From: Octopus vulgaris
Lineage: Eukaryota
Assembly (NCBI GenBank): GCA_951406725.2
Contig: OX597815.1
Span: 156,488,001-156,552,000, forward strand
Direction of reading: 5' to 3'
DNA length: 64,000 bases
Below, in pieces: positions 30,176 to 44,939 of this stretch. Both the position numbers and the translations under genes were made by a program. Each line of letters opens with the position of its first letter. Within the stretch, counting starts at the first letter, position 1. The notes under the pieces were generated by a model, which searched no databases, was not told the DNA's origin, and was given only the letters and a program-made list of their open reading frames with translations.

Positions 30176-31271
30176 CACACAGACGATATCTCGTTGGCTT
30201 GTTACTAACGTCTCATAAAGTCATGACTAATGACTGAAATTATCTGAGATATTAATGCAATATGCTAAACATATTAACATATGATTAGCGTGGTGTTGTC
30301 TTTTATGTTCATAAACAGATAAAATTCTCAAATCACGCATTGCTAAGTAAACTGTAATAGATATTATTTGGTGCATCCAATCAGTATTTTAGGCAAAGTC
30401 GACAGAATAAACACAGCTTGTAGGACTTAACTTCAAACCCAAAGCGCTAGTCCTATCCACGAGTAGTATGCGATGCAGCAAAATGATTTATGATTAATGC
30501 ATTATGTTTCATAGACAAAGTACTTATGTTAGTAATTCAGTAAATTATGCGAATCGTCATTGCCTTAATGGCTTGTGACAGTCACCATAAATATTAAGCA
30601 CGAGTGAATTGATGTCAGTCACATATGATTGATTCTCTTCTGTGACATGCTACGTGTTGAATGTGACAGAAAATTGACGAGAATCACACTTTATAAAACA
30701 GCGCTGATGCACTTAACGCATACATACGTATACACACGCACGCACGTACACACATATACATATATATATACACACACGCATATACAAACATACATGCATA
30801 CATACATACGTACATACACATACATACATACATACATACATACATACATACATACATACATACATACATACACACATACACACATACATACATACATACA
30901 TACATACATACGTGTGCCTGTGTTTACGTGTGTTTATAGATGCATAGATAGATAGATACCTTTACTTCAATCATTCATTGGACTGCGGGCATACTGGGGC
31001 ACTACACTGAAGGGACTTTTGGCGAACGAATCAGTTCCAGTACTTATTTTTTAAGCAAGGTAGTTATCAAATCGGTCTCTTTTGCCGAAGTTACCGGGGA
31101 CGTAAACACACCAACACTGGTTTGTGAGAGGACAACCACAGGCACTAATACGAACGCGCGCACACACATACATATATACATACATACATACATACATACA
31201 TGCATACATACATACATACATACATACATACATACATACATACATACATACATACTTATACATAGATATAT

Positions 31272-31352
<81 letters not shown>

Positions 31353-31373
31353 GCATATATACACACATATATA

Positions 31374-32270
31374 TTGGGTCATTATATAAATAATGCATTT
31401 TTTCAATTGCCTGAACTAAAAATCGGAGCGGGACGGGATAAACTCCCTGCATCAACTTGCTATAAAAGCAGGTAGTAATTTTAGCTTGTCGTTATTCTTA
31501 GAGCAAATTTTGGAGAGTGCAGCTCGATTTTAACAATTATTTTTTCAAACCTATAATGGAAGTGACAAAGGAGCATATTCGGCATATTTTGCTTTATGAG
31601 TTCAATAAAGCAACAACACAACGGTAAGTGAGAAGAATATTAATGCTGTATACGCGGATCGGACAATAAGCGTAAGCTAGTGTCCGAGGTGGTTCCAGAA
31701 ATTCCGAACCGGAAACTACAGCCTAGTAAACGAGCCTATTCCTGAAAAATCTATAGAGCTCGACGAGGACGTCCTGCAAACCCAGGTGGAACAAAATCCC
31801 ATCGTAACTGTTGAGGAACTAGCAGAGAAGCTTGGATTTGGTCATTCAACCGTTCATTGACACCTGCCATAGGAAAAGTCAGCAAATTAGGTGAATGGGT
31901 TGCTCACAATCTTGCCCGGTGTAATCGCTCGTAGAGAGTGAATATGTGCTCTTTTATTCTGTCAAGTCTCACGAACGAAACATTTTTTTTAGGCCGATTA
32001 ATGATTGGTGACGAGAAATGGGTTCTCTATGAAAATGTCAAGCGTCGAAGACAGTGGGTAGGGAAAGAAGAAATACCGGCACTCCCGGCTAAAGAAGATC
32101 TTTACCCACGTAAGTTGTTGTTATCTGTCTGGTGGGATATGAAAGGTTTTTTCCACTTTGAACATTTAAATCCAAACCAAGCAATACTCGAGCAGCATGA
32201 GCGGCTTAAGTCAGCGCTAGAAGAAAAACGACCATCTTCGGTTTCAAGACGAAAGGTGTTCTTCCATAAG
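31374..32270 (+). mobile_element. 3'-truncated mariner transposon with decayed transposase (ATG 31556)
   Basis: MEVTKEHIRHILLYEFNK, RWFQKFRTGNYSL, WVAHNL (WVPHEL motif), GDEKWVLY, KLLLSVWWDMKG. Starts after TA in a (TA)n tract. Confidence 0.9.
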
Positions 32271-33213
32271 GAAGAATTTACGATAGAGACTCGCGAAAAA
32301 TTTTGGTAAACAAAAACATGAAATCAAGGGGGTCAACTCTTGAGTAACAACTCTTGGGTGAGTATCTCCTTTGGGCTTGACTCTTGGAAAAAAATTATGC
32401 TGAATGATAAGTTTGTTTATATCATGTGATATCCAGAGTATAAGTAATGTTCGTATACTTGTGTATTGACGGAGTTCATTATGAGTGCATGTTCTTCTAA
32501 GTGTATAATTATTTCCCTTGAGTTTGACTTTTGGAAAACAAATTGTGCTGAGAAAAAGAGAACAATAATTACAAGTCCATCGATATCATGAAATAAATTA
32601 AAGTCTCGATATGAAGTGAAATTTCCCCTGCACTTCAGTATCCAACAGTTACGCAGTATGCCGCATTTCGAGTAATTTCGTTTTAGCGAATCAGTTGGCA
32701 GAAGAATCGGTTCTTAAATTCCATTGGAGCAACAGTATTGAAGTTTGTGGAGAAATTCAAGTACATCAGTAAAAGAAAATAATATATGATTCGGATCTGA
32801 TATCCGGGTTTATGTAGAACATCCTCTTTTGCTATAATGATACGCAACTAACATGTTAATGGTGCAATTATAATAACGCTATGTCATTCTCATATCGAAA
32901 ATGTATTTTATTTCAGAAGTTGAAAAGTATATACGACTCTCTTGTCTGTCCCTGAATTTTGCCTCTCTATCTTTCTATTTATTTTATCGATTTTACTGTT
33001 TCTCGATCTACCTAGCAAGCTAGCTGGCCAGACAGCCAGCCCGCATTCCCCGCAACTCTCTCTCCCTCTCTCCCGTTCACGCATGTTAGCTTTTCAACTC
33101 GCTCAGGCTTATTTCACGGCTATCCTAGCTCTGGACCAATCAATGCCTTGTGAGCGAATTTGGTACAAGAAAAAAGTGTACGAAGCTTATCATATGCGAG
33201 TATGTGTGTATGC

Positions 33214-33269
<56 letters not shown>

Positions 33270-33567
33270 GTATAAATACATTTATGTATAAATGTGTGCA
33301 TTTATGTATGTATATCTATCTATTTACTTATATATATGTGTTGATAGATAGATAGATATATAGATAGATATACTTGTGAAGGCGTGTGGCCTAGCGGTTA
33401 GGTTGCAGCAACCACAATCACTAGATCTTGGGTGCGATTCCTAGACTAGGCTGCGCGCTGTGTTCTTGAGCACAGTACTTCATTTCACATTGCTCCAGTC
33501 CCACTTTCGATTAAATCTTACTGTATTTGTGTATTAAATCTACCATAGGAAAATATCTAAACACATT

Positions 33568-33605
<38 letters not shown>

Positions 33606-33633
33606 CTTTATTTTAAGCAGCAGAAAATTCAAC

Positions 33634-33680
33634 AAAATCTGTTACTCTGAGTTTCTCGTTGCCGTTCATCAGACAGTTTT
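33634..33680 (-). ncRNA. Type I hammerhead ribozyme (mirror of 37291-37337)
   Basis: Exact reverse complement of the right-arm motif. Confidence 0.8.
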
Positions 33681-34687
33681 TGCTAGAATGGAACATATAT
33701 ATTAATTCAATCTATACTCTTACAAACGCTACACCTTTAAAAAGAAATGGACTTGTTTGATTGGCCCTTTAGAAAAAAACGGTCAATCTTCGAGCGATAA
33801 ACAAAAAGGTCAAAAATATATGTATATATATATAAAAACTTATAAAAATTATAAAATCCGAGGAAAATACCGAGGAAAAAACCTGTTGCCGTTAATGAAG
33901 ACAGTACAAATCAATGCATAGAAATTAAACCTGTTATAAATACTGCAATACATATTTATATTAAAATCCACATATATATATCAACATACACAAAAGGATG
34001 CGCGTAAACGCCATACATACATATACAGACGTATGAATATGAATCTAAATTATACACATAAAAGCATGTGTACATATATTCACGCAAACCGTCTCGCACG
34101 CAAGCTAAAATTCATCTATGTAGCAATTCTCATATACTGAGCAAGGAGGGGGAACGAAAGAAAGGGAAAGAGAGAAAAAGGAACGGAGGAGGGTGGGGAA
34201 AAAACTTGTAGCGGTGTTATTTGGCATCTATAGATGCCTGTATACATACACAAGTTTGAATTGATACATATACATACTGTCGTGTATATGTGTGCTTAAG
34301 CACAAGCATACTTTCACTCACACATACACAGATACGCATGCTTACAAATACATATGCTTTGCTATACACAAACTTATATAAACATTCTAAATTTGACAAC
34401 ATTACTTTTTTTATAAAAAAACATTGCTTTTTAAAAAATGGGTGCATTAATAAAAATATATACGAAAGACCTATAAAATAAAATATAACATCCTATTTTG
34501 GGTCATTTATAAATAATCAAGGTAATATAAATAATCAAGGTAATCTTATGCAATACAATAACATGAAAACAAAGTTTGTAGGTTTTTCCTAATATATATT
34601 TAGAAACAATAAGACTTTGCTATAGGTCCGTTGTAGCGCTCAAGAGTCAAAATCAAAATCAAAAAATCAAAATACAAAATATATACT

Positions 34688-35741
34688 CTATCCATATGGT
34701 ATATTTATATTCGACATTTTAAATTTAGCCTTGTGCCTACATAAGTTCATTAATTCACTTCTTTGATTCAAAGAATTATTGCCTTTGAATAATATATGCA
34801 TTTTTTCTAATAAGCAAAGCCTGCACTTGAAATTATATTTGTAAGCTCCATGCCTGTATGGTGCCGCCCTGTCCAGAATGCTCCATGTCACGTTGAAAGG
34901 TGGGGCTTCCTTTTCTTTTAGTTCCCAGACATATTTTGCTAGGCTGGTTTTCTTTCTATTCTCTGGGTATTTAAAAGAATTCTTATGAGAATAAAATCTT
35001 GGTTTAAATGAATTTTCTGAAGCCCCTGTGTATGTCTTGTATTCCGATGAGCCTTCCACTTGCACCTTGGCTCTATAAACTACTCCTTTCACTAGACATT
35101 TCCCTTCTAACGGACAGGAGCTTTCGTTTTTGAAATTACATTTCTTAATGGGCTCGGCACCATGTCTAATCTCAATTAGCTTCCTATTATGTTGGCTAAT
35201 GTAAGAGGCGAAATTTCTGCAACAAGAATAGCTAACCTTCAGGGTTCTTCTATTAAATATTCTGTAGAATTTATGACCCTGCCTAAAATGCTTAGAGACT
35301 AATCTCAAAAATTCCTTACCTATATTAGTCTTTACGGCCAAATTGAAAGCCGGGTTGAACCACAAAACTTTCCTAGTCCTAGTTCTTCGTGCAGCATTAT
35401 TATTAGCATTAAGCTGGTTGAACTGGATCTTCTCTGAGAATCCACTATTCTTTAATGCGCTATCGTAATAAGGTGCAGCATTATGGAATGCTGCCTCGTC
35501 CGAAGAAATTGAAGATATTCTTCTACCTACATTGCTGACTAAGTTGCTAAGGATAACTGGTGGATGGTTCGAATCTTTGCTAATATACGATAGCTTTTCA
35601 TTGGGCTTACGGAAAGGTTTAAATCTATCCGATCTTACATTAAAATTTACGTCTAAAAAATCTACACTATTCAGGTTAGTATCTATCGTAATCCGTAAGC
35701 CCATCCTTTGAAAGAAAGCTATAAGGTCCTTCCTAAGTCTA
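34688..35741 (-). CDS. PLE RT C-terminus/thumb plus GIY-YIG endonuclease (5'-truncated, open frame)
   Basis: VDFLDVNFN, PFRKPN..LSYI..DSNHPP, RKVLWFNPAFN, CPLEGKCLVKGVVYRA, TYTGASE..FKPRF..H, CRLCLLEK. The ORF-track start at 35782 lies in the opposite arm and is chimeric. Confidence 0.92.
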
Positions 35742-36283
35742 ATTCTTGTTGCAGAAATTTCGCCTCTTACATTAGCCAACATAATAGGAAGCTAATTGAG
35801 ATTAGACATGGTGCCGAGCCCATTAAGAAATGTAATTTCAAAAACGAAAGCTCCTGTCCGTTAGAAGGGAAATGTCTAGTGAAAGGAGTAGTTTATAGAG
35901 CCAAGGTGCAAGTGGAAGGCTCATCGGAATACAAGACATACACAGGGGCTTCAGAAAATTCATTTAAACCAAGATTTTATTCTCATAAGAATTCTTTTAA
36001 ATACCCAGAGAATAGAAAGAAAACCAGCCTAGCAAAATATGTCTGGGAACTAAAAGAAAAGGAAGCCCCACCTTTCAACGTGACATGGAGCATTCTGGAC
36101 AGGGCGGCACCATACAGGCATGGAGCTTACAAATATAATTTCAAGTGCAGGCTTTGCTTATTAGAAAAAATGCATATATTATTCAAAGGCAATAATTCTT
36201 TGAATCAAAGAAGTGAATTAATGAACTTATGTAGGCACAAGGCTAAATTTAAAATGTCGAATATAAATATACCATATGGATAG
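35742..36283 (+). CDS. PLE GIY-YIG endonuclease, second shorter copy
   Basis: Protein identical to the C-terminal part of the minus-strand ORF from SCCRNFAS onward. Confidence 0.88.
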
Positions 36284-37290
36284 AGTATATATTTTGTATT
36301 TTGATTTTTTGATTTTGATTTTGACTCTTGAGCGCTACAACGGACCTATAGCAAAGTCTTATTGTTTCTAAATATATATTAGGAAAAACCTACAAACTTT
36401 GTTTTCATGTTATTGTATTGCATAAGATTACCTTGATTATTTATATTACCTTGATTATTTATAAATGACCCAAAATAGGATGTTATATTTTATTTTATAG
36501 GTCTTTCGTATATATTTTTATTAATGCACCCATTTTTTAAAAAGCAATGTTTTTTTATAAAAAAAGTAATGTTGTCAAATTTAGAATGTTTATATAAGTT
36601 TGTGTATAGCAAAGCATATGTATTTGTAAGCATGCGTATCTGTGTATGTGTGAGTGAAAGTATGCTTGTGCTTAAGCACACATATACACGACGGTATGTA
36701 TATGTATCAATTCAAACTTGTGTATGTATACAGGCATCTATAGATGCCAAATAACACCGCTACAAGTTTTTTCCCCACCCCTCCTCCGTTCCTTTTTCTC
36801 TCTTTCCTTTCTTTCGTTCCCCCTCCTTGCTCAGTATATGAGAATTGCTACATAGATGAATTTTAGCTTGCGTGCGAGACGGTTTGCGTGAATATATGTA
36901 CACATGCTTTTATGTGTATAATTTAGATTCATATTCATACGTCTGTATATGTATGTATGGCGTTTACGCGCATCCTTTTGTGTATGTTGATATATATATG
37001 TGGATTTTAATATAAATATGTATTGCAGTATTTATAACAGGTTTAATTTCTATGCATTGATTTGTACTGTCTTCATTAACGGCAACAGGTTTTTTCCTCG
37101 GTATTTTCCTCGGATTTTATAATTTTTATAAGTTTTTATATATATATACATATATTTTTGACCTTTTTGTTTATCGCTCGAAGATTGACCGTTTTTTTCT
37201 AAAGGGCCAATCAAACAAGTCCATTTCTTTTTAAAGGTGTAGCGTTTGTAAGAGTATAGATTGAATTAATATATATGTTCCATTCTAGCA

Positions 37291-37337
37291 AAAACTGTCT
37301 GATGAACGGCAACGAGAAACTCAGAGTAACAGATTTT
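37291..37337 (+). ncRNA. Type I hammerhead ribozyme, minimal
   Basis: aaaactgt-CTGATGA-a cg gcaa cg a-GAAA-ctc a gag-TA-acagatttt. Canonical core, GUA cleavage triplet, near-palindromic stem III. Confidence 0.8.
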
Positions 37338-37434
37338 GTTGAATTTTCTGCTGCTTAAAATAAAGCATATTACTCTACCACTGGTATTTGAGTACTCTTT
37401 TTTCCACCTTGTTTCACATGTATGTGTTTACTCC

Positions 37435-37488
<54 letters not shown>

Positions 37489-38819
37489 CATACATATATA
37501 TGTCAGGTTTCTTTCAGTTTCCGTCTACCAACTCCACTCACAAAGCTTTGTGTGCCCAGGGACATAGTAGGAAAAACACTTGGCCAAGGTGCCACGCAGT
37601 GAGACTGAACCCATAACCATGCGTATTAGGAGATAAACTGTTTACGATGCACTACAGAGCCACGTCTGCACCTATGTCGTAATATAATTTTACATATACA
37701 AAAAGATACGGTGATCTTAGCTGGAATAATTTTTATCACTGGCCTGCTAGATTGGAGTTAGCCCAGGGTTAAACGACAGCAACGAGAACTACAGATCGAA
37801 GGAAAGCAAATGATTACATTGAAGTGAAAACATAATATTTTTAAAAGCTTATATCAACGGCAGGCTGATTAATGTTCCTTTAATAAACATAACAATAGAT
37901 GTTGTACTATTAGAGATATATTTGCATTCCGCTGTTACTGAAGGCCGTTGTATTGACTAATGACGTTAGAATCAGCAATACACAAACTATGGTCAGTCGC
38001 CTGATGTACACTGTACAGGATACTCGGAGTAGGGATGTAATGAAGAGCACTGGCTTCGGAAAAAAAAAATGAAAATAATATAATTTATCTATTTACCTAA
38101 TCGTCTGTCTTACTCTCTTCCCCATCTCTCTCACTCTCTCTTTGGCTATCTCCCTCTATTCCCTCACTCTCCCACTCGCTGTCTCTCTCTGCCCCCTCTC
38201 CCCCTCTCTCGCTCTCTTTCTCTCTCTCTTGCCTACACAGCGATGCACTCCACACACATCCATCCACACACATATATATATATGAAAAACAAGCATGCAT
38301 TCACACACAAATACCTCATGCATTCACAACCATCTCTACACACGCACATGGACGAACACACACATACAAACATGGACACGCACACAAATACAGGCGCGCG
38401 CATACAAATACAACAAACATGCAAGCACACACACAGTCACACAAACGTACGCTTATAAATACAATACATACACGCAGACACATGCGCACACACGCACACA
38501 CGCACGCACACACACATATACTAGTCGATCATGTTGACAACAAATGATGAACTAAAAATGCTTATTGATATTTGTCGGAATGTGTTATTTAATATTGGTT
38601 CTTATCTCAGTTATTTACTGACAGCTTTTATTTTACTGGCTCCAAGAATTTTCCAGGAGACTTTCTGGGACACTGTCAAAGATACTTTACAAAGTTAGAA
38701 AAGCACAATATGACGTTATATATGTAAAAGAAAGGATACGTTGTGAGACGCATTCCTTCACTGCACCTGCTAACTGAATCAGTTTACTTAGAACAGTTAA
38801 ACCCGATTATAAGATTTAC

Positions 38820-39200
38820 TAGCCCCAAAGTCCATCCCCTCCTCACCGTGGTGGGGACGCTGGCAACGGGTAGTGTCAGAGCTATGCCGTCGGGAACTTC
38901 TGTTCCTGGTAAACCACCCAAGGCGGATTGGTCTGACACCGAGTGGTATTAGGGCCACAACCCGGCAGACGGGGCTCTGGTAAAAATCCTCGGAGTGTCT
39001 GCTTCGGCAACCGGCGGCTCCTCGGTCGTTCTGTTCCTGCGCCTGCGGACAATCTGCGGCAAACAGGATGTTTCCATATGCGGGATTGTTGGGCACCGCT
39101 TGTGAAATCCACATATTCCCACGAAATTTCTTCCATGAGTAGAAGAAGCCGACTCAACCCGCCCAGGGTGAATATCGCCACAAGTAAGTACATGCTAAAT
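38820..39200 (+). mobile_element. RTE-type LINE 5'-UTR-like GC-rich segment
   Basis: gagctatgccg...cctggtaaaccacccaaggcggattggtc resembles the recalled RTE/BovB 5' motif. GC island in AT-rich context. Confidence 0.4.
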
Positions 39201-41027
39201 TTTGAGGACTGAATACCGTTGTTCAACCTGCAAGAAATAGTAAGCAAATCTTCCCTTAAAAAAACATTATTGTATTGAAATGCAGTTATAGATGTACAAA
39301 AATAAGGGATGAGACGGCTGTGAAGTTTTTAATTATTCACCTTCTCGTACACACTCAACATTAGTTTCAGAGCTAAACAACAGCGATAAAACAACATATA
39401 AACGTCTATCACATTTATAATATGTTGACAGCAAATCCGCTATTGTTTAGTTAGAGCTTATGCTTCAACCATCGCTATTGCCTTCATTACTTTAAGTATA
39501 GTAACAAAATCATTCATTATTTGGATGCTTTTGATTGTTTGTTTTTTGCGCGTGTGAGAATATGTGTAGTAATTTAACGGATCTTACCAGTAGATTTTGA
39601 AAATTAATCTACACAAAAATTAATATAACCTTATCTGTAGTCGAAATGCGTTTCAAAAATCAATAGTTACTCTAGAAATCTTAGACATCAATGAATAACA
39701 TTTCGTAAATTCACTTGCAGGTCAATAGCTTAATATCAATCATTTTCTTTTCATGACTTGTAGAAAATTCAGCCTCTCTGCTGACATGCTACTGAAGCAA
39801 GTACGGGTGCGTGCTGAAGAAGCTAATTTCACATGAATGGGTCTTTTGGAGCAGTGGTGTAGCTAAGTGTCTACCGGCTCTTGAGTTTGCCACACACACA
39901 CTCGGGTCTGAAAGCCTGTGCAGGTTTATATGACGGGCCCAAAGGTGTTGCCCCGCGTAAAAGCGTCACTCGGGGTGGTTCACTTCCTTCTCCGTAACTA
40001 TCCAATAGTTTTTAGGTCGATGCCACGAGACAGCATTCTTGGACAAATATCTTCTACTATTAAAATAAAGTCTACCAAAGACTTTGTGGTAAAATTAGGT
40101 AACAGAAATTGAATTAACGCTTGTCTACTAATGAACTGATTCTATTCATGCGTGGGTGTCTTAATCTATTGCTTGGTTTAACACAAGTACCTAGCATTTT
40201 GATGTTATTAATGGAGTCAACACAATTGCAAATATCAAATGAGGTCTTCGGCCTAAGCATAAGTTCTATTTTATCATGCAAGTCTCTGGGGTTCTCAAAT
40301 GGAGTCATATACGTTGCTTTTGCCCATCTGCCATTGAAAAACCCTAGCTCACAAGTAGCTTTATAAAATTCTTCGACGACCCGTTATCAAAAGGTATACT
40401 CTTTAGTGTATTCTAACAAAAACTGGTTTAACTTATTCCCATTAGAAGGTAGCAACAGAAATGGCAAAGCATCACATTACGCTTAATATCTCAGAGTATT
40501 AATAGTTTTCCTACAAAAGATGTCATTCACAATGAAATTGAACCCAGAACATAAAGGGACTTTCAATAAATAATGTATAGCATTTAATTCGCTGCATTGA
40601 TATTCCTGTCAATTCTACTCATCCTTATATGTCTAACTCTTGACACAAGACCAACATTTTTTAGTGTACGCATCTTCATGACCTCAGACTAATTATGACC
40701 AAATTGAAAATCGACATTTCTATTTTTATATGTATGTGTGCGTGCGTGTGAGTGTGTGTGTGTGTGATTGTGTGTGTGTGTGTGCGTATGAATATATTTA
40801 TATGTACATTTATGTACATATTTTTATTATTATTAAGGTAGCGAGCAAGCAAGCAGAATCGTTAGCATGCCGGGCGAAATAGTAGTAGTTCGTCTGCCAC
40901 AACGTTCAGAGTTGAAATTACGCTGAGGTCGACTTTGCCTTTCAGCCTTTCGGGGACGATGAAATAGGTACCAGTTGAACAAGCTGCCCTTGTGAAAAAA
41001 ATTGAAATAACAATAATAATAATAATA

Positions 41028-41475
<448 letters not shown>

Positions 41476-43099
41476 GGTTAATGTAAAGAGGACTGAGGCA
41501 ACTCCTCCAGAAGATGTAGAAGCAAAAATAGAAGAGTGTCATTGTTATCAAGTGAACGATATTTCGACATCTCGTGTGTCTTCCACAGGTTTAAAAAATA
41601 AACTTGTCATTCTACTTCATTTGTGTTAATATATATAGGAAATATATATAGAAAATATTTTTCTCTTTATAACAATGGCACTCTTCTATTTTTGCTATTA
41701 TCATTATTATAGTGTTACAAGAAGAGGGGTGATATTGACTTCGAACTTTCGACCTACTAACCTTTGTTGAAACGTCGACGTCATTATCACCTTTCTTGTA
41801 AAAGTATAATAAACATATACTCTACAAGAAAAAGTAAATTTTCCACCGACAGTTTTCGTCTATTAAACTCGTGTAGAATTGGGATTGAAACCGAAACCAC
41901 GTAATTTCGGAGTAGAATTCTTACGCACAGAAGATGTGCCCAAAATATAAATGTCTGTAACGAAATACAAGAGAGTTGTTGGAAACTTTATGATTTGCTT
42001 TCTTCCATCAGCCCCATTGTGACGTGTGCCGTGAAAATATTGGATTAGCAGTAATGGTTGAATGCTAGACTGAATACCTTTGATTATTATTATTCAGCTA
42101 CTTAACGGAACCGATGTCGGCTTCACCCCCACTTCTTTCGGTATGGATAAAATAGGTAGCGGTCAAGGACTAGCATTTATTAACTTGAGTTCACAACTGG
42201 AGGTTATATGATAATATTGGAATACAAGCAATAAGACACTAATCAAAACAATATGCCTCAGTAAACTTTGTTCGTCGCTTCGTTAATCTTTCAGTTCCCA
42301 TTCACTCTAATTTTTTTTTCTCCGCAAAAATTTTCCTAATTAAAATAATAATACACTCCTTACTCTGTTGAATGATCTTATTTTAGGAATTGTGGCACTG
42401 CTCAATTACAACTGCTTCTAGGTCAACATTGCTTTTCTGAAGAAACTCGCGAAGAAAATAAACCTATGGCTAAATAAGTTTCTTTTAACATTTTATACTA
42501 CATTCTAAAAACCGGTTGGCGATAGCCTCTTAATACTCTGTGTATTCAATATTTGCTAATATGCTATTAACGTTCAAACTGCTGCTAGCACCTCCGTATT
42601 ACGTATTCGCTAAAACAATTCTATTTTTTTCATGTAACGTTTGTGCAGTTATCTTTCACTTTTCACTTGTTGCAGTCATTGAACTGCGGTCACGCTGGGG
42701 CACAACCTTGAAGGGTTTTAATCGAACAAATCACCCCCTCCCACCCCAGGTATTTATTTTTTTAAATCTGGTATTTGTTTTATCAGTTTCTGTTGCCAAA
42801 TCATTAAATAACTGGTACCTAAACAAATCAACATCGGTTGTTAGATGGTGGGGACGGGTAAGCATAAACACAATGGCACACACATTCACACACACATTCA
42901 CACACACATTTATATATGACAGGCTCTCAAACAATTTCCGTCAACTAAATTCACTCACAAGACATTGGTTGGGCCGAAGCTATAGTAGAGTATACTGAAG
43001 TGTCACGCATTGGGACTGAACGTGAAACCACATGGTTGCAAAGCGAGTTTGTTAGCCACGCAGTTATGCCAGCGCCTAGAACTACACAGTTGCAAAACA

Positions 43100-43570
43100 G
43101 TTTCGTCGTTCTATGCACATCTCGGGTAAGTTCGGCTGACTGCACTTCCCTGCCTGTAGATTTTATCTCGAACTGACAAAGCCCCCACACACCGGTGGCA
43201 TTGTCAGGTCAAGGAATCCTGGAAATTATCCATGGGCCCCAGCCAGAAAGGCCTCCGGAGAAGATCAGCTTGCTGAATCTCGTCAATGCGCAATGTCTCC
43301 CCATGAACGTCATCGGACTTACTTGCGACTAATTTCCCATGGCACTTCCACCGACCGCATTGCCCGATTGACAAATGACTGTAAGCGCTTGATGACACAC
43401 CAGCTGTCAGACGCCTTGCCTCTGTCTATACTTGATCCAAGACTGCAACTCAGCAAAGAGACGAGCTACGGTAAAATCAGTTTGACAAACGGTGACGACG
43501 ACGCTGTCAAGGAAGTGCTGGAGATGTCGTCGCTTCAGCGCATGTCTGCGCATCATTAGCCACAGCATAT
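43100..43570 (-). pseudogene. Tx1/L1-like LINE ORF2 C-terminal remnant (zf-RVT region)
   Basis: WLMMRRHALKRRHLQHFLD ... FQDSLT*QCHR..ALSVRDKIYRQG. Confidence 0.55.
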
Positions 43571-44939
43571 CCAATCCTCCATCTTGCTTAGCGGCATTTC
43601 GCCCGGCGTGCTAGCAGCCAGCCTTGATAGTAGCTAGACTTGTTCTTCGCAGCTTTAACCACTCAGCCGCTGAAGATGCAGAAATACAAATGCAACTCGG
43701 CTGTACAACTAAAATCCTCTTTCAAAATAACTTTAAAAATTCCAATATCTACAATCTTCTCTGTGCGATCACTCAAACTATCTTCTTTCATATAATTTTA
43801 AAAACTTGAATATCTACAATTTTCTGGGAGTATTAACATTTTGCTCTCTGATTATTCAAATATACAAACATCTCCTTTATCGAAGAACAAGCTTAAAGGC
43901 TTCCGGTTTTCTAACTTAAGTAACTTCAAATTAAGCGACTCTGTATGAATATATAAATTCTTACGCAAACGTTCTTCTTCCACATCCAGGAAAAATTGAA
44001 GCCCCTCTAACACTCACTAAACTTTCCAGAACTAATAACAAATGTAAAAGATAAGCGACTGACAAACTTATAAAATGCAGAAGTACGAAGACTGTAAAGC
44101 CCAACAAAACTTCATTTAATTTTGTAAAATAAAAGGTATCAATGGTGTAATTACATGTTATTTAATCGGTAATTGAAGCAGAATAAAGTCAATAGGTTCT
44201 CTTGAAAATCTACTGTCACTCTCATTAATCAATATAGTTATCACATATTTTGACCTTTGCTGACCACACGGATGCGACCATTCCTTTGTCGGTTCCATGT
44301 CAACATCTGCTGAATATATTTATAGACAAACGGTAGCTTACTCTATGCCTGCTATTCCCCCTGCTATCTCCTTATCTCTCATGTATTTGTGACCATCTTA
44401 AACGCAGAATAATAATTGTAGTTAGTAACATCTAATAATACTACATAGTGGTAGGAACACAGACAGCAAGCTTAACTTTGCCAATCACCAATAACAACTC
44501 ATGACGTAACAACAATAAGAACGATGATATCAACTACACTGTTATCATGGCTATCGAAGCAAGCCACAAGAACAAAAACTATAGCAATAATGGTGATCAG
44601 CAGTGGCCACAACTACTATAGTAGTATACTAATAGTATTGGTAACGGTAATGATAAGGATGATAACGATAATGGTGTTAATAATGGCAGAGATAATAATA
44701 GTCGTTTCTTTATTAACCACACAGGGCTCCGTGAGGATAATATTAATATAGCTCAGAAATGTTTTATGAAACAAAACGGAAAATTAAAATGGTACACCAA
44801 ATCGCTTGTCCTCTGGTTAATCTGGAAGTGTGACCTTCATAGGGGAACATCATCCGGTTGCACAAACGTCTCCAGATACGAACCTGGATGGTGCCTTGAA
44901 TGGGACTGCCCAACTCTAGTCCTCCAAGTCCACCACAAA

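Larger units (their letters stand above)
33606..37436. mobile_element. Head-to-head inverted PLE (Nematis-like): minus copy 33606-35741 plus plus-strand copy 35742-37436
   Basis: Arms 33606-35229 and 35742-37365 are near-identical reverse complements with a 512-bp spacer. (TA)n flanks both ends. Confidence 0.95.

Noticed and set aside
35742-35782. ORF-track starts for the two PLE ORFs (35782 minus, 35708 plus)
   Set aside because: They cross the inversion junction at 35741/35742 and are chimeric, not real N-termini.
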